Shown here: positions 36,763 to 50,628 of the stretch, piece after piece | Layout: each line of letters starts with the position of its first letter | How positions within the stretch are numbered: position 1 is the stretch's first letter | From: Octopus sinensis | Lineage: Eukaryota | Assembly: GCF_006345805.1 (NCBI RefSeq) | Contig: NC_043003.1 | Span: 114,638,001-114,702,000 of the forward strand | Direction of reading: 5' to 3' | Length of the DNA stretch: 64,000 bases | Made by a program: the position numbers and the translations under genes | Notes under the pieces: model-generated | Seen by the model: only the letters and a program-made list of their open reading frames with translations | What the model was told of the DNA's origin: nothing | Database searches by the model: none

Positions 36763-37788
36763 AAAACAGCAACAACGTTAATAATTTAAAATTAAATATC
36801 TTTAATCAAAATAAAGTTGGTAGATTCGAAATGCGATTATATAAGCTGTGTACAATGTAGTTGCCGATATTGTCATTTATTCGCAGGTCAATCTTGATTG
36901 AATATATCTTTTTAATCGATGGCATTCCACCCCTGACCAACCTGCATGTCTTGTTTCATTTGATTACTTTATCCAGTGTGTCCTTGTCTCCAACCAGCTG
37001 GGTTTGGTAATAAATGTGGCGGCTTATAAGTCAAGTAAACACGATGAATGCTTCGTTTGTTCGTCTGGGAATAGCTTAATTTCTAGCGTAAACAGGTAAT
37101 ACTTGACACCATGATGATGATGATGATAATGTTTATAATTTTATGTTCACTGAGTTTCTAGACTCTGTTCGAGAATATTCCTTCTTCCTAACTCCTTAAC
37201 GCTATGAATTAAGATACTTAACCTACAATGACCAACTTTGTCTAGCTTTAGTAGAAGAAGAAGAAGAAGAAGAAGAAGAAGAAGAAGAAGAAGAAGAAGA
37301 AGAAGAAGCCAAGCATACATTGGAGCAACATTTTAAACTAACGACATATGCTTATTGCATGCTTGGCTTGCTTGTGAAGATGCAGTTTCGAAATCACGAC
37401 TTGCATTAGCTTAAAAGAATCACTCTTCTGTAGTCAATGGCGCTAATCACTGATTTCTCGTTACATCAGATTAGGAAAAGGTCAAACAACTGATTCTTTT
37501 TAACACTCTTTGTCCAGATGAAGAATTAGAAATTGATTCTCGACCGACACAAATATTTAAAAATACGAGGAAAATACGAGCTAATAAGTTACGCTTTTCT
37601 TTATCGATGGAACCTAAACTAGAACGTTTGGTTAATATAGATTTTAGTGTCCTAAAAAATGAAAATAAAAAGTGATAAAAACCTATCACTAGGAGGGGAT
37701 GATAGTGACATACCAACATTTCACTAAGAGAGCATAAAGAACTCCTTCGTTAAGTCCACAGGCATTTACTTGTATGGTTCCTTCCTGT

Positions 37789-38008
37789 GGCAGAAACGTT
37801 AGCAGGCCGGGCGAAATGCTTAGCTGTATTTCGTCTGCAGTTACGTTCTGAGTTCAAATTCCGCTGAGGACGATTTTGCCTTTCATCCTTTCGGGGTCGA
37901 TAAATTAAGTACCAGTTACGCACTGGAGTCGATGTAATCGACTTAATCCGTTTGTCTGTCCTTGTTTGTCCCTTCTGTGTTTAGCCCCTTGTGCGTAGTA
38001 AAGAAATA
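37789..38008 (+). mobile_element. Family B SINE
   Basis: Consensus-like, slightly 5'-clipped; followed by GGTATTT. Confidence 0.9.
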
Positions 38009-39257
38009 GGTATTTAAGTATTTCAGATATAACAGCTGAGGTACACCCAGCATAAATGTAATTCTATAAAATATACGTATAGTTTTCATGTCACGTAAAA
38101 TATATATATACGTTCTGTAAATTGGTTATGTCACATAGATCGCTTACATAAAATAATTAGGATGTCAATTTACATTCATTCTTTCATCAATTTACATTCA
38201 CTTTCTTCGAACAATAAACTAAATGTTGGCTGAAATTTTATGTATATATTTTAAAACTTAGCATCTGATTCTGTGTAAACAGGTGAAGATTTAATATAAT
38301 GTCTGTTACATCTCTTGCTTATTTATTTATTCACGGCAGTTATATGAAATGGAAGATAAATAATAAATTGTTATGCCAGGATGCAATAACATTCCTCCTA
38401 CAACCTATGTGCCCTCGCATTAATTACTTGATCCAACTCAAGATCTTTTCGACTATTTCGGGGTTTATTTTTTTGCAGTACTAAAGATGTAAATCTGGTA
38501 CAAATTACAAAACTGAGTCACCTATACCACACTAGACCTGTGGCTACTAAGCTTGGGGTATGAACCAAAATATTCTGACGTTATAATTCAGCACCGTTCA
38601 ATGTTAGAAATGTTACATTTGAAATGTGATAAAATGCGAAATATCCGTGAATTTGTCCTACAATCAGCCATTAATGGAAAGTCTTCAAAACATCATGGAT
38701 GGTAAACAAAGCTAAAAAAAAAATGTTTACCCAAGAATTGTATCGTATATTAATTACGTTTAAATGGAATATAGTTTTAAAAATTACTACAGTTCTATTG
38801 TTTTGCGACAATGTGTCTTCAAATTAAACGGTTGGAAACCGCAGAATTAGATAGAAGGTGGGAGGGGGGGATAAACATGCTACAGACTTAGAAAAGTAAA
38901 ATAAAACATTCAAAGAAAAATGTGTGATGAGGCAACGAAAGCAGAAGTGGTTCCCATATAAACATACGCCAGTCGGCATAATATAATCAAGTGGGGTTAA
39001 TAACCAAAGGGAAAATAGGTGAAAGACGATGTGAAAATGTTCCTGGTTTGCGTTGAAAGTAGACATCAGCCATGAGTGAGGGTGGGAGATAGAGACGAAT
39101 AGAGAGTGAAAGAGTGGATGAGAGCCCAGAATGGGAGAGAGATAGAGAGAGAGAGAGAGAGATGGAGAAAGAGAAAGAACGAGAGAATGTCACAGAAGTA
39201 CCCTTTAGAGAATTTTAGATTTGAGAAGAATTCAAACGACAATCTCTCTCTCTCTCA

Positions 39258-39291
<34 letters not shown>

Positions 39292-40246
39292 GACAAACAA
39301 ACACACAAGTATCATACAACACGTATGTAATACATATGTAGAAAGAGTGGAGGGAGAAAGAAAACAAAAGAAAGTTAGAGGGAAAGAAAGAGAAGCAGAA
39401 ATATAATTTTCTCTAAAATCTCTCTCGCCATCTTTATTTGGTATTGTGTGTTTAAAATATAGTTTTGTCTTCCTGTCAGATCTTTCGGTGAAAACTCTAA
39501 ATGTATTATCTTAGAAATGTATCTATTTCCGTTACACAACCTAACTACATTTAATCTTCAAAGGTCAGTGTTAAAAATTACCTTTAATATATTGTGCTAC
39601 CAATATTATTTAAATTTTGTTTGGTTTTTGTTTTCTATGTTCGTCATTATGTTTTAAATACGTGAATGAGAAAAGAACATTCTTTACGCAGAATACTGAC
39701 GTGACATAATGGAAGGAATCGTGACAGAATAGAATCGATCATTTTCCTCTCAGTTCAATGTTGCACACGTAAAACTGGAAATATTTGTTTAAATAGAAAC
39801 CTCAACGTATCTAATGACATAAATGTGATGAAGAGGTGGCATAATTTTCGCACAGCATACATGTATACAGGTATGTGGTCAAAACGTCACCACTATAAAG
39901 TAGAAGAACGACTTAGTGTACAGAAAGAAATGGATTTTTCGATAATTTACTGGAAAACGGATTGTAAGATCGATTTTCTAATCTTGTCAACGTTACTCTA
40001 TTGTGTATATAACTAAAGAGCATTTCATTCGCAATTGACCCTGTCCTCGTAACCGTAAATAGTTTCTTAATGTGTAGTCAAAATTGCTCATGGTTTGAAA
40101 AATTGAGTTCAATTCTATTAGAATACAAAGGCGCAAAGAGGCAAGAGTAAAACAAGAATGGTCCATTCGGTTGACTGTTGGACTCGACGGGTGATTATTT
40201 TATCAATCAACGAAGAATCAGAGGTAATGTTAATGTTATATCGTCA

Positions 40247-40971
40247 TAAGGCGGCGAGCCGGCAGAAACGTTAGCACGCCGGGCGAAATGCGTAGCCGTA
40301 TTTCGTTTACCGTTACGTTCTGAGTTCAAATTCCGCCGAGGTCGACTTTGCCTTTCATCCTTTCGGGGTTGATAAATAAAGTACCAGTTTCGCACTGGGG
40401 TCAATGTAATCGACTTTATCCCTTTGTCTGTTCTTGTTTGTCCCCTCTATGTTTAGCCCCTTGTGGGCAATAAAGAAATATATATCGTCATAAGGCGGCG
40501 AGCTGGCAGAAACGTTAGCACGCCGGTTAAAATGTGTAGCCGTATTTCGTCTGCCGTTACGTTATGAGTTCAAATTCCGCCGAGGTCGACTTTGCCTTTC
40601 ATCCTTTCCGGGTCGATAAATAGAGTACCAGTTTCGCACTGGGGTCAATGTAATCGACTTTATCCCTTTGTCTGTTCTTGTTTGTCCCCTCTATGTTTAG
40701 ACCCTTGTGGGCAATAAAGAAATATATATATCGTCATAAGGCGGCGAGCTGGCAGAAACGTTAGCACGCGGGGCGAAATGCGTAGCCGTATTTCGTCTGT
40801 CGTTGCGTTCTGAGTTCAAATGCCGCTGAGGTCGACTTTGCCTTTCATCCGTTCGGGGTCGATAAATTGAGTACCAGCTGCGTACTGGGGTCGATATAAT
40901 CGACTTAATCCGTTTGCTTGTCCTTTTTGTCCCTTCTGTGTTTAGCCCCTTGTCGGTAGTAAAGAAACAGA
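40247..40971 (+). mobile_element. Three full-length family B SINEs in tandem within one 16-bp TSD
   Basis: Units start at 40247, 40491 and 40737; TAATGTTATATCGTCA at 40231-46 and 40972-87. Confidence 0.9.
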
Positions 40972-41406
40972 TAATGTTATATCGTCAGTGACGATATATG
41001 ATATGTGTTTGTGTGTAACAACATATCACAGTACCAAACATAACCGTATAATAATAAGTAACAAGACTTGGTTATCATATTACAACCGTTCGCACAATAA
41101 CATTCCAATACCCCAACGCAGAATCCATAACGCGACTAATGTTCTTACAGTTCGACCTCACCGGCCTTCTGGCTCAACAATTTCAAAGACTCGTCCAGTC
41201 CACGGACAGCCACGTGCTGTGGTGTCATTTCACTCCACAACAGTTAATCATAAGAACATACGACAGGCAGCGGCAAAAACCATTTTCATCGATGTCCCTC
41301 TATCACAAATATATGTAAACACCATTACAAAATACATTCCAAGATGGACAATGTCATCAACAACGAGAAGCTATTTAAAGCAGTTGTTAGGAAAATAGTG
41401 AATGGA

Positions 41407-41800
41407 AGCGCAGGCGTGACTGGCTGTGTCGTAAGAGGTTTACTTCCCAAGGACATTGTCCAGGGCTGAATCTCACAGCGTGAAACCTTGGGCAAGTGTT
41501 TTCACTAAAACCTTGAAGCCGACCAAATCTGTGCCAGTGCATATGTATGTATGTTTGTATGTATGTGTGTGTGCGTGCGCGTGCGAGTTGTTTGCGTTTG
41601 TCCCCCACCACGCTTGCAGACTGGTCTTGGTTTGTTTACGTCCCAGTAACCCAAGACGTTCGAGTAGGAGAGACCGATAGAATAAATAAGTACTTGGTAT
41701 AAAAACATGTACTGGAGTCGATTCGTTCAACTAAAATACTTCAACGCGTTGCTCCAGCATGGGCGTAGTCTAATGACTGAAGTAAGTAAACGTTAAAAGA
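41407..41800 (+). mobile_element. Family A SINE, old diverged copy
   Basis: Recognisable head, ccttgggcaagtgt block and gctccagcatgg..aatgactgaa tail. Confidence 0.75.
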
Positions 41801-42111
41801 AAAATTTAAATTACTGATCCAACTAAAAACAATTTAAAGATAAACTAAAAGGCAGACAGAAAAAGAAAACTCGGGTAGTTATTTGATCTCGAAACAATAG
41901 GAATTCCTAATGTTAGATATACGAAATAAGAAACATGAAAGATTAGCATCTGATATTTAAACTAAATTTAAACTAAAACCTTTCGGGTACATTTACCTCG
42001 GGTGGTAGACATTATCTGTTGGGAGATTTAACAAATCCATCGGTCTAGTAGATATCTTTAGTGGGCTTCACATAGTTGAAGGCAATCGTACCCGGTCTAA
42101 CCTGTCTGGGG

Positions 42112-42370
42112 GTGAAAGGTAAGAGAGTCCAGTTTGCTAGACATTGATGTAGAGCTGAAAAAGAGGTAATTTCTACTCTTCTCCTCTGGAAGCCATCTAC
42201 TCGCAATACCAGAGGGTGCACCCTCTCCTACCCTAATGTAATCTCCAGGGATACAGGCATCCAGCAACAGGACCTCCGTAATGCCATGATGGACCGTGAA
42301 GTCTGGCGTAGCATGGTAAATTCCATTGTCTCGACCACGGTCGAACAATGATGAATGATGATGATGGAGG
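42112..42370 (+). mobile_element. RTE-clade LINE 3' end
   Basis: VQFARH*CRAEKEVISTLLLWKP...SYPNVISRDTG..DLRNAMMDREVWR, stop at 42349-51, then a (TGA)n tail. Confidence 0.8.
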
Positions 42371-43446
42371 TCATGAACAATGATCATGGAGGTTAACCAT
42401 TCTCGATTAACGAAGAAAAAACTGAGGTAAAGACGGCTGCAGAGTTTCTTTTTTTTTTTTTAATAGCTAATTTAAGAAATCTGTCGGAACTTGTTCGCGG
42501 AAACCATTTACAGTTAAACTGGAGCGATAAATGAAAACTTTAAAACAGTTTAGTGTGAATTAAATACACGAAAGAATTTTGACAGTTGTACAATAATCTG
42601 AGAAACTTGGATACAAACAAACAAAAGCAGTAAAGAAGTTTGGCCGACATTTGTAGCAATATATCAAGAATGTCACCATAGCAAAATGTAAAACATATGA
42701 GAGGATTAGGAGAAGAAAAAAACATTAACAATAACAGACCATTAGCACTGAAAATGGAAATTCTTTCACGAAAATCTGATGTCCCCGTTCAATCTTAGTC
42801 GCTTGTACACCATTACTGTCAGTAATTTGTTGAAGAAAACCAGCCACAGCACGCACGCACGCACATACATACATACATACATACACACCCACACACACGC
42901 GCGCACACACACACATACTGTGGACAATCCATAAATCATCTCGTCTATGTGAATGGCTTCTAAAAGTGTATCTCTGTGATATCAACCAGCTGAAGAATCT
43001 ATTTTGAATCAGGTGGAGTTTCGCCAAAGCCACACTCCTACACGTGTGTATGTTTGTGTACGTTTATATGTAAGTACATACGTTTGTATGTATGCTTCTA
43101 TGTATGTATCTCTCTCAAGAGAACTGAGAGTAATAGTGAATATCATACAGTACAAATTCTTGATTTATTAAAATTACCTCCACCTTCAGACGATGCATCA
43201 TAATTACGAAACGGCAATTAACATCCTCTTCCAATCGAAACACAGATTTACCCAAGATAGATTATTAATATCTTATATTTTCCTTTGTACGGCTGAGGTG
43301 AGGCATATTCATGTAGTGAAACGATCTGAGCGCTGAAGAACCATCCACTTTCTATCAATTTTGCCTACTCTTTTTAGGATGGAAAAGGAGGAATGGAAGT
43401 CACTTTTGAAAATTTTAGATCAGATATTGATAAAATTCTGGTTTTA

Positions 43447-43882
43447 ATTTTTGGCACAAGGTCAGCAGTTTCAGGGTAGGAGCTTAGTCGCTTACATCGA
43501 CCCCACTACTACAATGGTATTTATTTTAAAGGCGGCGAGCTGGCAGAAACGTCAGCACGCCGGGCGAAATGCGTAGCCGTATTTCGTCTGCCGTTACGTT
43601 CTGAGTTCAAATTCCGCCGAGGTCGACTTTGCCTTTCATCCTGTCGGGGTCGATTAACTAAGTACCAGTTACGCACTGGGGTCGATGTAATCGACTTAAT
43701 CCGTCCTTGTTTGTACCCTCTGTGTTTGGCCCCTTGTGGGTAGTAAAGAAATAGGTATTTATTTTATCGACCTTGAAAAGGTGAAAAGCAACGTCGGCAT
43801 TTGAATCAAGAACTTAAAGACAGACGAAATGCTCCTGAACGTTGTGCCGGGCGTGCTAATGATTTTGTCAGCTCGCCGCTTT
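43447..43882 (-). mobile_element. Old family B-related SINE split by a younger insertion
   Basis: Left piece 43447-43528 and right piece 43754-43882 join into one minus-strand copy. Confidence 0.7.
43529..43753 (+). mobile_element. Young family B SINE with a 13-bp TSD
   Basis: GGTATTTATTTTA at 43516-28 and 43754-66. Confidence 0.9.
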
Positions 43883-44011
43883 CATATATTGATAAATATC
43901 GTCAAGTAATTAACCTTATATTCTCATAATAATTCTAAATTAAATAAATACTTAAATTTCAACCTTCACTGACGATGTTTTTTTATTTTATTTTTAAACT
44001 TTACCTGTGAT

Positions 44012-44255
44012 TAAAGATTGCCAACATAACATGGCAGTCCTGGTTTAGGATGAATGTTGCTGTAATTTAGCCCCAGGAGACATCGTCTCCAGCTGGCTAT
44101 ACAACACGATCTGCGTCTTTATATTTTCGAACAAGGGAATATAAGGACAAAGATCATGTCGTATAGCCAGCTAGAGACGATGTCTCCTGAGGCTAACTTA
44201 CAGCAACTGTCGTCCTAAACCAGGACTGCCATGTTATGTTGGCAAACAATCTTTA
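44012..44255. mobile_element. Foldback (palindromic) MITE
   Basis: 95-nt arms (44018-44112 and 44151-44245), outer 33 bp perfect; related partial copy near 33365-33430. Confidence 0.85.
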
Positions 44256-45291
44256 CTCCAAACTACTGTTGTTGAATATCTCTCGTTGTGAGATTTAAAA
44301 ATAGTTACTCATGAAACAAACTGATTTTAACATGGAATCAGAAATGAGTTTCAGTATTGATTGCATACATACAACCAGAAAGTTGTGTTTTTGATTGAGA
44401 TGTCTGCATAAACTAACAGAATTAAACGAAGCAGGTAAAATGTTGCACATAAAATTGTAACTATTGAAGATTACTTTACTGGGAAGTGTGACGGTTGTTG
44501 CTTTTGTTGCGATGCCCAGAAGAGAGATCAACCATTTATGCTGTCAACTGACATCGCGTTTCAGAAACGTCAGCCTGTCCGAGTAAAGTATTGCTCTATA
44601 ATGTTTTTAACAATTTCTTGACTGTAGTGGGAAAAAGTGAATTTAGATAATTAGACGAAGGTTACAGGTGAGTTTCAAGAAGGCCAGGAGGCACAGATTT
44701 GATTCCTTTCCGCTGTAAACCTTGCGTAGGCGATTGCTAGCTAATAGATATTTGGAGATGAAAAGTGATTTTCTCAAAATACGAAAAAAATTATGCAAAG
44801 GTATTCAACAGACTAACTCATTAATTTTTACGGGAAACATTTAGATGCTGAATGGCAGAAAAGTGAGGAGGCAACAAAAAATGTCTTGCGTTAACATCTT
44901 TTTATATTTTAAGTTAAAATCTCTCAATTATCGTATTTTCCTTTCATTATTCAGGGATTAATGAAATAATACCAGTAAAACAGAAAGAACTTAATTGAGT
45001 ATTAAACTCTTGCTAACTCAGGGATTTTGTCTCAGTTTTGGAAATATATACACTTAGCGTTGTCGCTAATTACGCTGGATTAATTTACAGACAAGTTTTA
45101 GATGCGATCAAATATTATTTTTGCTTATTTCATCACTTATGGTTGAAAAAATATATGAATAAAACAACCTTTTTTTTCTTGTATGTTTAAATACGAAAAT
45201 TTTAATCAGTGTGACGTAATTGTTGACAGTATTAATGAAGCCACAAAAGTGAACGCCACTTGATTTAAGAAAGAAGTACTTTATTATTCAA

Positions 45292-45696
45292 CTAGCAGTA
45301 TCGCCCGGCGTTGCTCGGGTTTGTAAGGGAAATAACTATATAAGCATTTTTAGAGATGTAAAGTATAATAGCCATCTCAATATGGTTAACCACAAGGGGG
45401 GGGGGGTGTTACTGTAGCTTTTTACGTTCTGAGATTTAATAATAAATTTTTAGAGAGTTACTTTCCTTATATATGCCAAAAATGCATTAAAAATGGGAAA
45501 AATTGATGGTAATTTTTTTTTTAAATCGTAGACTTAAAAAAATCGTAGACGCGCGCTAATACCCAGAAGGGCTCGATATGAATCACGACTATAAGATACC
45601 CAGTTTTGGTTAAACTGCACCGCCAAATGTGGAAGTAGTTAGGAATCTAAATCGTAGGAGACAGACAGCACATAACCTCACTTTTATATATAAAGA
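45292..45696 (-). mobile_element. Non-autonomous Helitron, copy 2
   Basis: A|TC...CTAG|T termini and subterminal hairpin; colinear with 10524-10898 plus a small insertion. Confidence 0.9.
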
Positions 45697-46081
45697 TATT
45701 ATATTCTAATTATAGCAAACTATTGAATAACTGTCTGATTATTAGATTCTGTAAACTACGATATCAGGTAAGCGAAAAATCTTGCCACTTGCGCTTGGCA
45801 CGTAAATCAGAATAGTCCAATTGCTTTAAGGGGAAAATTATGGAAATGCTCAGCAGCTACTGTCCATTAAATTGTGGATATCTTCAATGAAACCATCCTC
45901 CTGAAACGATGAATCGAGACGTCAAACCATTTGTTGATGAACAGGAGAATAACCACCACTGATATTTCGAATGACTTGAAACAGCAAACCCAAACATCAA
46001 ATGCGGTTTTGGAACCACCACCAGACAACACAGATTAATGCAGTTTAGCTCGTGCCATGTTTTGTGCATCAAACCATACTC

Positions 46082-46486
46082 TTTACTCTGTTACTCTTTT
46101 ACTCGTTTCAGTCATTTGACTGCGGCCATGCTGGAGCACCGCCTTTAGTCGAGCAAATCGACCCCGGAACTTATTCTTTTTGTAAGCCCAGTACTTATTC
46201 TATCAGTCTCTTTTGCCGAACAGTTAAGTGACGGGGACGTAAACACACCAGCATCGGTTGTCAAGCAATGCTAGGGAGACAAACACAGACACACAAACAC
46301 ATACATATATATACATATATACGACAGGCTTCTTTCAGTTTCCGTCTACCAAATCCACTCACAAGGCATTGGTCGGCCCGGGGCTATAGCAGAAGACACT
46401 TGCCCAAGATGCCACGCAGTGGGACTGAACTCGGAACCATGTGGTTGGTTAGCAAGCTACTTACCACACAGCCACTCCTGCGCCTA
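46082..46486 (-). mobile_element. Family A SINE, full length
   Basis: Near-consensus reverse complement. Confidence 0.92.
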
Positions 46487-48954
46487 CATTTCTCGCCTAC
46501 ATACGTCTACATTTCTCTGAAATCTGATGTATTTAATTCGCTCAGGGATATAAGAATGGTAATGTCTTGTGGCTGACTAATATGGACGTCCGGAACTATG
46601 CAGAAGAATCTCATAGGTGGTACATCAAACTGATTGTTAAGATTAGTGAATGCTAATGGCTTGGTTCCTCGCTGAAACAACAGAATGTTTGGGAAAGAGA
46701 ACAGTTTAACAGTGCAGCTCAGTTTAACACGATGCACAATAGCGATCATTCATCGGTTCTCACCGGCGAATGATTACGCTTCCATTTGACGTGAATCATT
46801 TAGGATGGTCGTGGGTTTTTAAGTATATCTCAAGAATATGCCAAGAACTAAAGAAAAACTAAGAAAATCGACTACAGTTGTGACCAGACAAATATCCGAA
46901 TATATGTACTTAGATACATTTAGGAAATTGATTGATATAAACGTTATGAAATATCTAGGAAATTAAGGAATATATGAAATTCCAGATAATAGGATATTGT
47001 GATAAACATCAGAGATTATCACGTTTCTCGTAAATTTGGTTCACTTTCGAGATTTTTCGAATCACCAAGAAATATGACTATTCTATGGTTTTAAGTAAGA
47101 TATTCTCCTTTTTAGTCATACTTTACACAACCCCGAATTAAAATTCTTTCTATTTTTTTGAAAATTTATTGTCAATAATTGCATTTAGTTAATTTATCTT
47201 AAATAAGCGGTCTTAATTCAGATTAAATTATCAGAATAAACTCGGCTTTAAATAAGTGCAACCTGTATTTACACACTTTCTGGTATGTATAGATAAAATT
47301 TATAATTTATATTTGTTAATTTAACCAGTCATTTTGGAATAGATTCATCGCAGCTGTCCGGTATATGGCTAACCCTGGTTCGATTCCAGTTGGGATATTT
47401 GTAAATTGTCTCCATTAAAGGGAGTCTTTACTCAATAACTCATGAGTTATTACAGATAGATTCATTTACGTTTGAGCAGCTCTCGTGCGCAATAATGCCG
47501 CCGAGAGGAAGGCCTTGATGTGACGCACATTTTCTCCTGATGATCCAAAAATCTGATCGTGTCCGATATGCAAAGTTTTGAATTGGTAGCACATACCTGT
47601 AAGTTGCTTCCAATATACATACATATGTGTGTGTGTGTGTGTGTGTGTGTAACTGATGACGATGACTTTTTAATAAACCCGTACACAAATTTTTTAAAAA
47701 AGCGTAAACGTATTTCTTGAACGAGTTCACATTATTCGTTGATTATGAAATTTATTGCAACTGCTTGCAATAAATTACAATGTCTTGTAGTTGTTGCATC
47801 TCTTTCAGTTATTATTTCAGATATGCCAATCTTTTTCGTTAAGAAATTAATCGTTTTGTCACATTGCTGTTATCCTAACTTAAATTAACCTCTAGCTCAC
47901 TAAAAAAAATAATAATAAATAAATTTTGTTATTTTCATTTGTGAATTATAAAAACCACTAAACCCGATAGAGATGGAGCAAAGCAGTGGCAAATGCACAC
48001 TACCCTCTCCCCCATCACAAAACCAACAATATATTGAATTCTTTATGGGTGTTTTATCTAACTAGAAGAGCAGATACAAGTGTAAGTGTACAAAGAGTTC
48101 TATACAACAACTAGGCTTACGGAAATAACAGCCAAATCTCCCTCAACTTATAATCCAGTAATTTTACAATTATAAGGTTTTGACACAGCATAAATCAAAA
48201 TCGTTTAATAGAAAAAAAGACGCAGCGAGATTCATCAGTTCGCTATAAATAATAGTCAAATGCTTCACAAAAAGCATTCTGTAAAAAGAGAATGAAGTGC
48301 ATGAGATTGCATAATGATCAAATGCTTTTCATTCCAGGTGTGTAATCTTTGTAGTCCCTCGCACACTAGTGAGATTATTGGTACCTGAGGGCAGCCTGTA
48401 TATTTGCATGTCGTTTACTTCAGGAAATATTTGGAAACATCGAATCGAAGAGTGTATCAGAAGTGACTACGAGTTTTGTTTGAGGGGTTCCATCACAATG
48501 AAATCCGCGAAAGTAACCTAACAACCAGATGTGCTGGCAAAGGAAACGGTGTGTTGTGTGTTCCATGGGAATGCACTCAAACATTACGTGATATCATTAA
48601 ACTGAGCGGTGTTTTAACGCGCCCCCACCACGTGACCAATATATATAGATAAAACTTTAGTAATGGAACACAGTGACCAGGATAAGAGTTTTGCAGTAAG
48701 GAATTAAAAAATTAACATAAGAGAGAACAACAAAAACCTGCTGATTGGCAGGTTAGTGGGGTTACTGAGTGCAAACAGGAAAGATTGCTTTGTCATTTTG
48801 ACATCCCAATTACAAGAAAAACGAAACAGTACAAGAAGAAAAATAATAATAATAATGGCCAAATAACTACAAAAATAACACTAACTATTGCTACTGCTCT
48901 TGATGTAGCTGCTGCCACTGCTGCTGTTACTACTGCTAATACTAATAGTAATAA

Positions 48955-49780
48955 AGGTGGATACAGAAAAGAATAGACGGACAATTTCATAGGGATGTTG
49001 AAGATAAGAGAGACAGAGAAAAAGATGGCTAGGGATGACTAAAAGTAATTTAAAACCGGAAACGGTGTCTCAAATCTGGGCTGCTCAAGAGCAAGAATTA
49101 AGAACCAATTACGTCAAATACAGAATAGACAACACACCAGAAAGTGCAGAATTTGTGGACAAAATGGTGAAACCGTATGGCATATTACCAGTCAATGTAT
49201 GCCACTAGCCTGGAAAGAATATAAGAGACATCATGACAATATAGCAAGGATTGTCCATTAGATGCTTTTCAGTGGTACGAATATAAACCTGAAGGCATCA
49301 TCGAAAATAATAATGCAAAGATCCTGTGGGATTTTGTGATTCGGTGCGACCATGATTTAGTGATAGGAAACCAGAAATAATGTTAATTGAGAAAGAAAAC
49401 AAACTATGTTGGATCATAAGATATAGCATGCTCAGCTGACAACAAGGTATGCGATTAGGAAGAAAGAAAAGTTGATAGATATGACATGTTAGCATGGGAA
49501 GTTAAGCAGTTGTGGTCGATGAAAAAAGTAGTAGTAGTGATATCAATAATTGCCGGAACACTGAGAACAATGAATAAAAATCATGAACAGTACATGAAAC
49601 AAATAGGGGCTACAATAAGGGTAGAGCACTTGCAGAAAGCAGCACTGCTTGGAACCGCTCGAATACTCCAGATGGTACTCGAAAAATAAGTGGCGTTACC
49701 TTAGTTCATTGTTAGTCAGCAGCTGAAGCTGAAGTACATCTCCAGCGCTAGAAGCTGTGCAAAGACAATAATAATAATAA
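48955..49780 (+). mobile_element. R4/Dong-like retrotransposon 3' portion (CCHC knuckle, RLE endonuclease, 3' UTR, AAT tail)
   Basis: LKPET..IWAAQEQ, CRICGQNGETVWHITSQC, ILWDF, RKPE-like motif, LQKAALLGTARIL; stop at 49687-89. Confidence 0.88.
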
Positions 49781-49962
49781 CAGGATTGATAAAGAAGGGA
49801 GCTGAGAAGTATATAAAGCAACTCCCTGGTAACTCCAGTCTCCATGAACTAGAAAAGATAACTTTGATGGGTACAGTCCATATACTACGGACAGCACTCT
49901 CCATCTAGAATGGAATGAATGTGGTGATAATTGTAGCATGCGCAGCAAAACAAAAAGTGCCA
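49781..49962 (+). mobile_element. Second R4/Dong-like 3' end, different family
   Basis: GLIKKGAEKYIKQLPGNSSLHELEKITLMGTVHILRTALSI* then a short UTR and (AAT)n. Confidence 0.8.
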
Positions 49963-49965
49963 ATA

Positions 49966-50026
<61 letters not shown>

Positions 50027-50076
50027 GTGATAATAATAATAATAATAATAAATAATAATAATAATAATAATATAAT

Positions 50077-50124
<48 letters not shown>

Positions 50125-50197
50125 GATAATAATAAGAAGAAGAAGAGAAGAAGAAGAAGAGAAGAAGAAGAAGAGAAGAAGAAGAAGAAGAAGAAGA

Positions 50198-50565
50198 CGA
50201 AATATACCTGGACCCTCAATTCTATACACTATCCAAAACATAGCCTTGCTAGGAACAGCCCACATCCTACGAAAGATACTATGAATCCAATTATACAACC
50301 TAAACAAAAACAACCCTCAAATATAAGACATTCTATTCAGTATTTATCCAATGCAATAAACTCCACCAGCAAGCTAGAACACCAATTACCAAAAGACATC
50401 CCCACACCCCAAGGAAAAAAATCCTACACAGTTACAGTACCGGGAAGATTTCGCACATTCCCAACAGCGGAAAAGGACACACAATGCCGCACACACCCCA
50501 GCAACACAGAGTGTAGCGGATGTTGCAGTAGAGATTTGACTCAATCTACCAAATTTGGAATAGCT

Positions 50566-50567
<2 letters not shown>
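50198..50567 (+). mobile_element. Third R4/Dong-like 3' end, different family
   Basis: NIPGPSILYTIQNIALLGTAHILRKIL* (stop 50282-84), about 280-nt UTR, then (AAT)n. Confidence 0.8.

Positions 50568-50627
<60 letters not shown>

Positions 50628-50628
<1 letters not shown>

Noticed and set aside
41149-41228. Possible minus-strand exon MTPQHVAVRGLDESLKLLSQKAGEVE with a GTAAGA donor
   Set aside because: Only 26 codons, equally readable on the plus strand, with no homology recognised.
47355-47400. GGTTCGATTCC B-box as a tRNA gene
   Set aside because: No A box or cloverleaf; at most a SINE head remnant. No true tRNA gene was found in the window.
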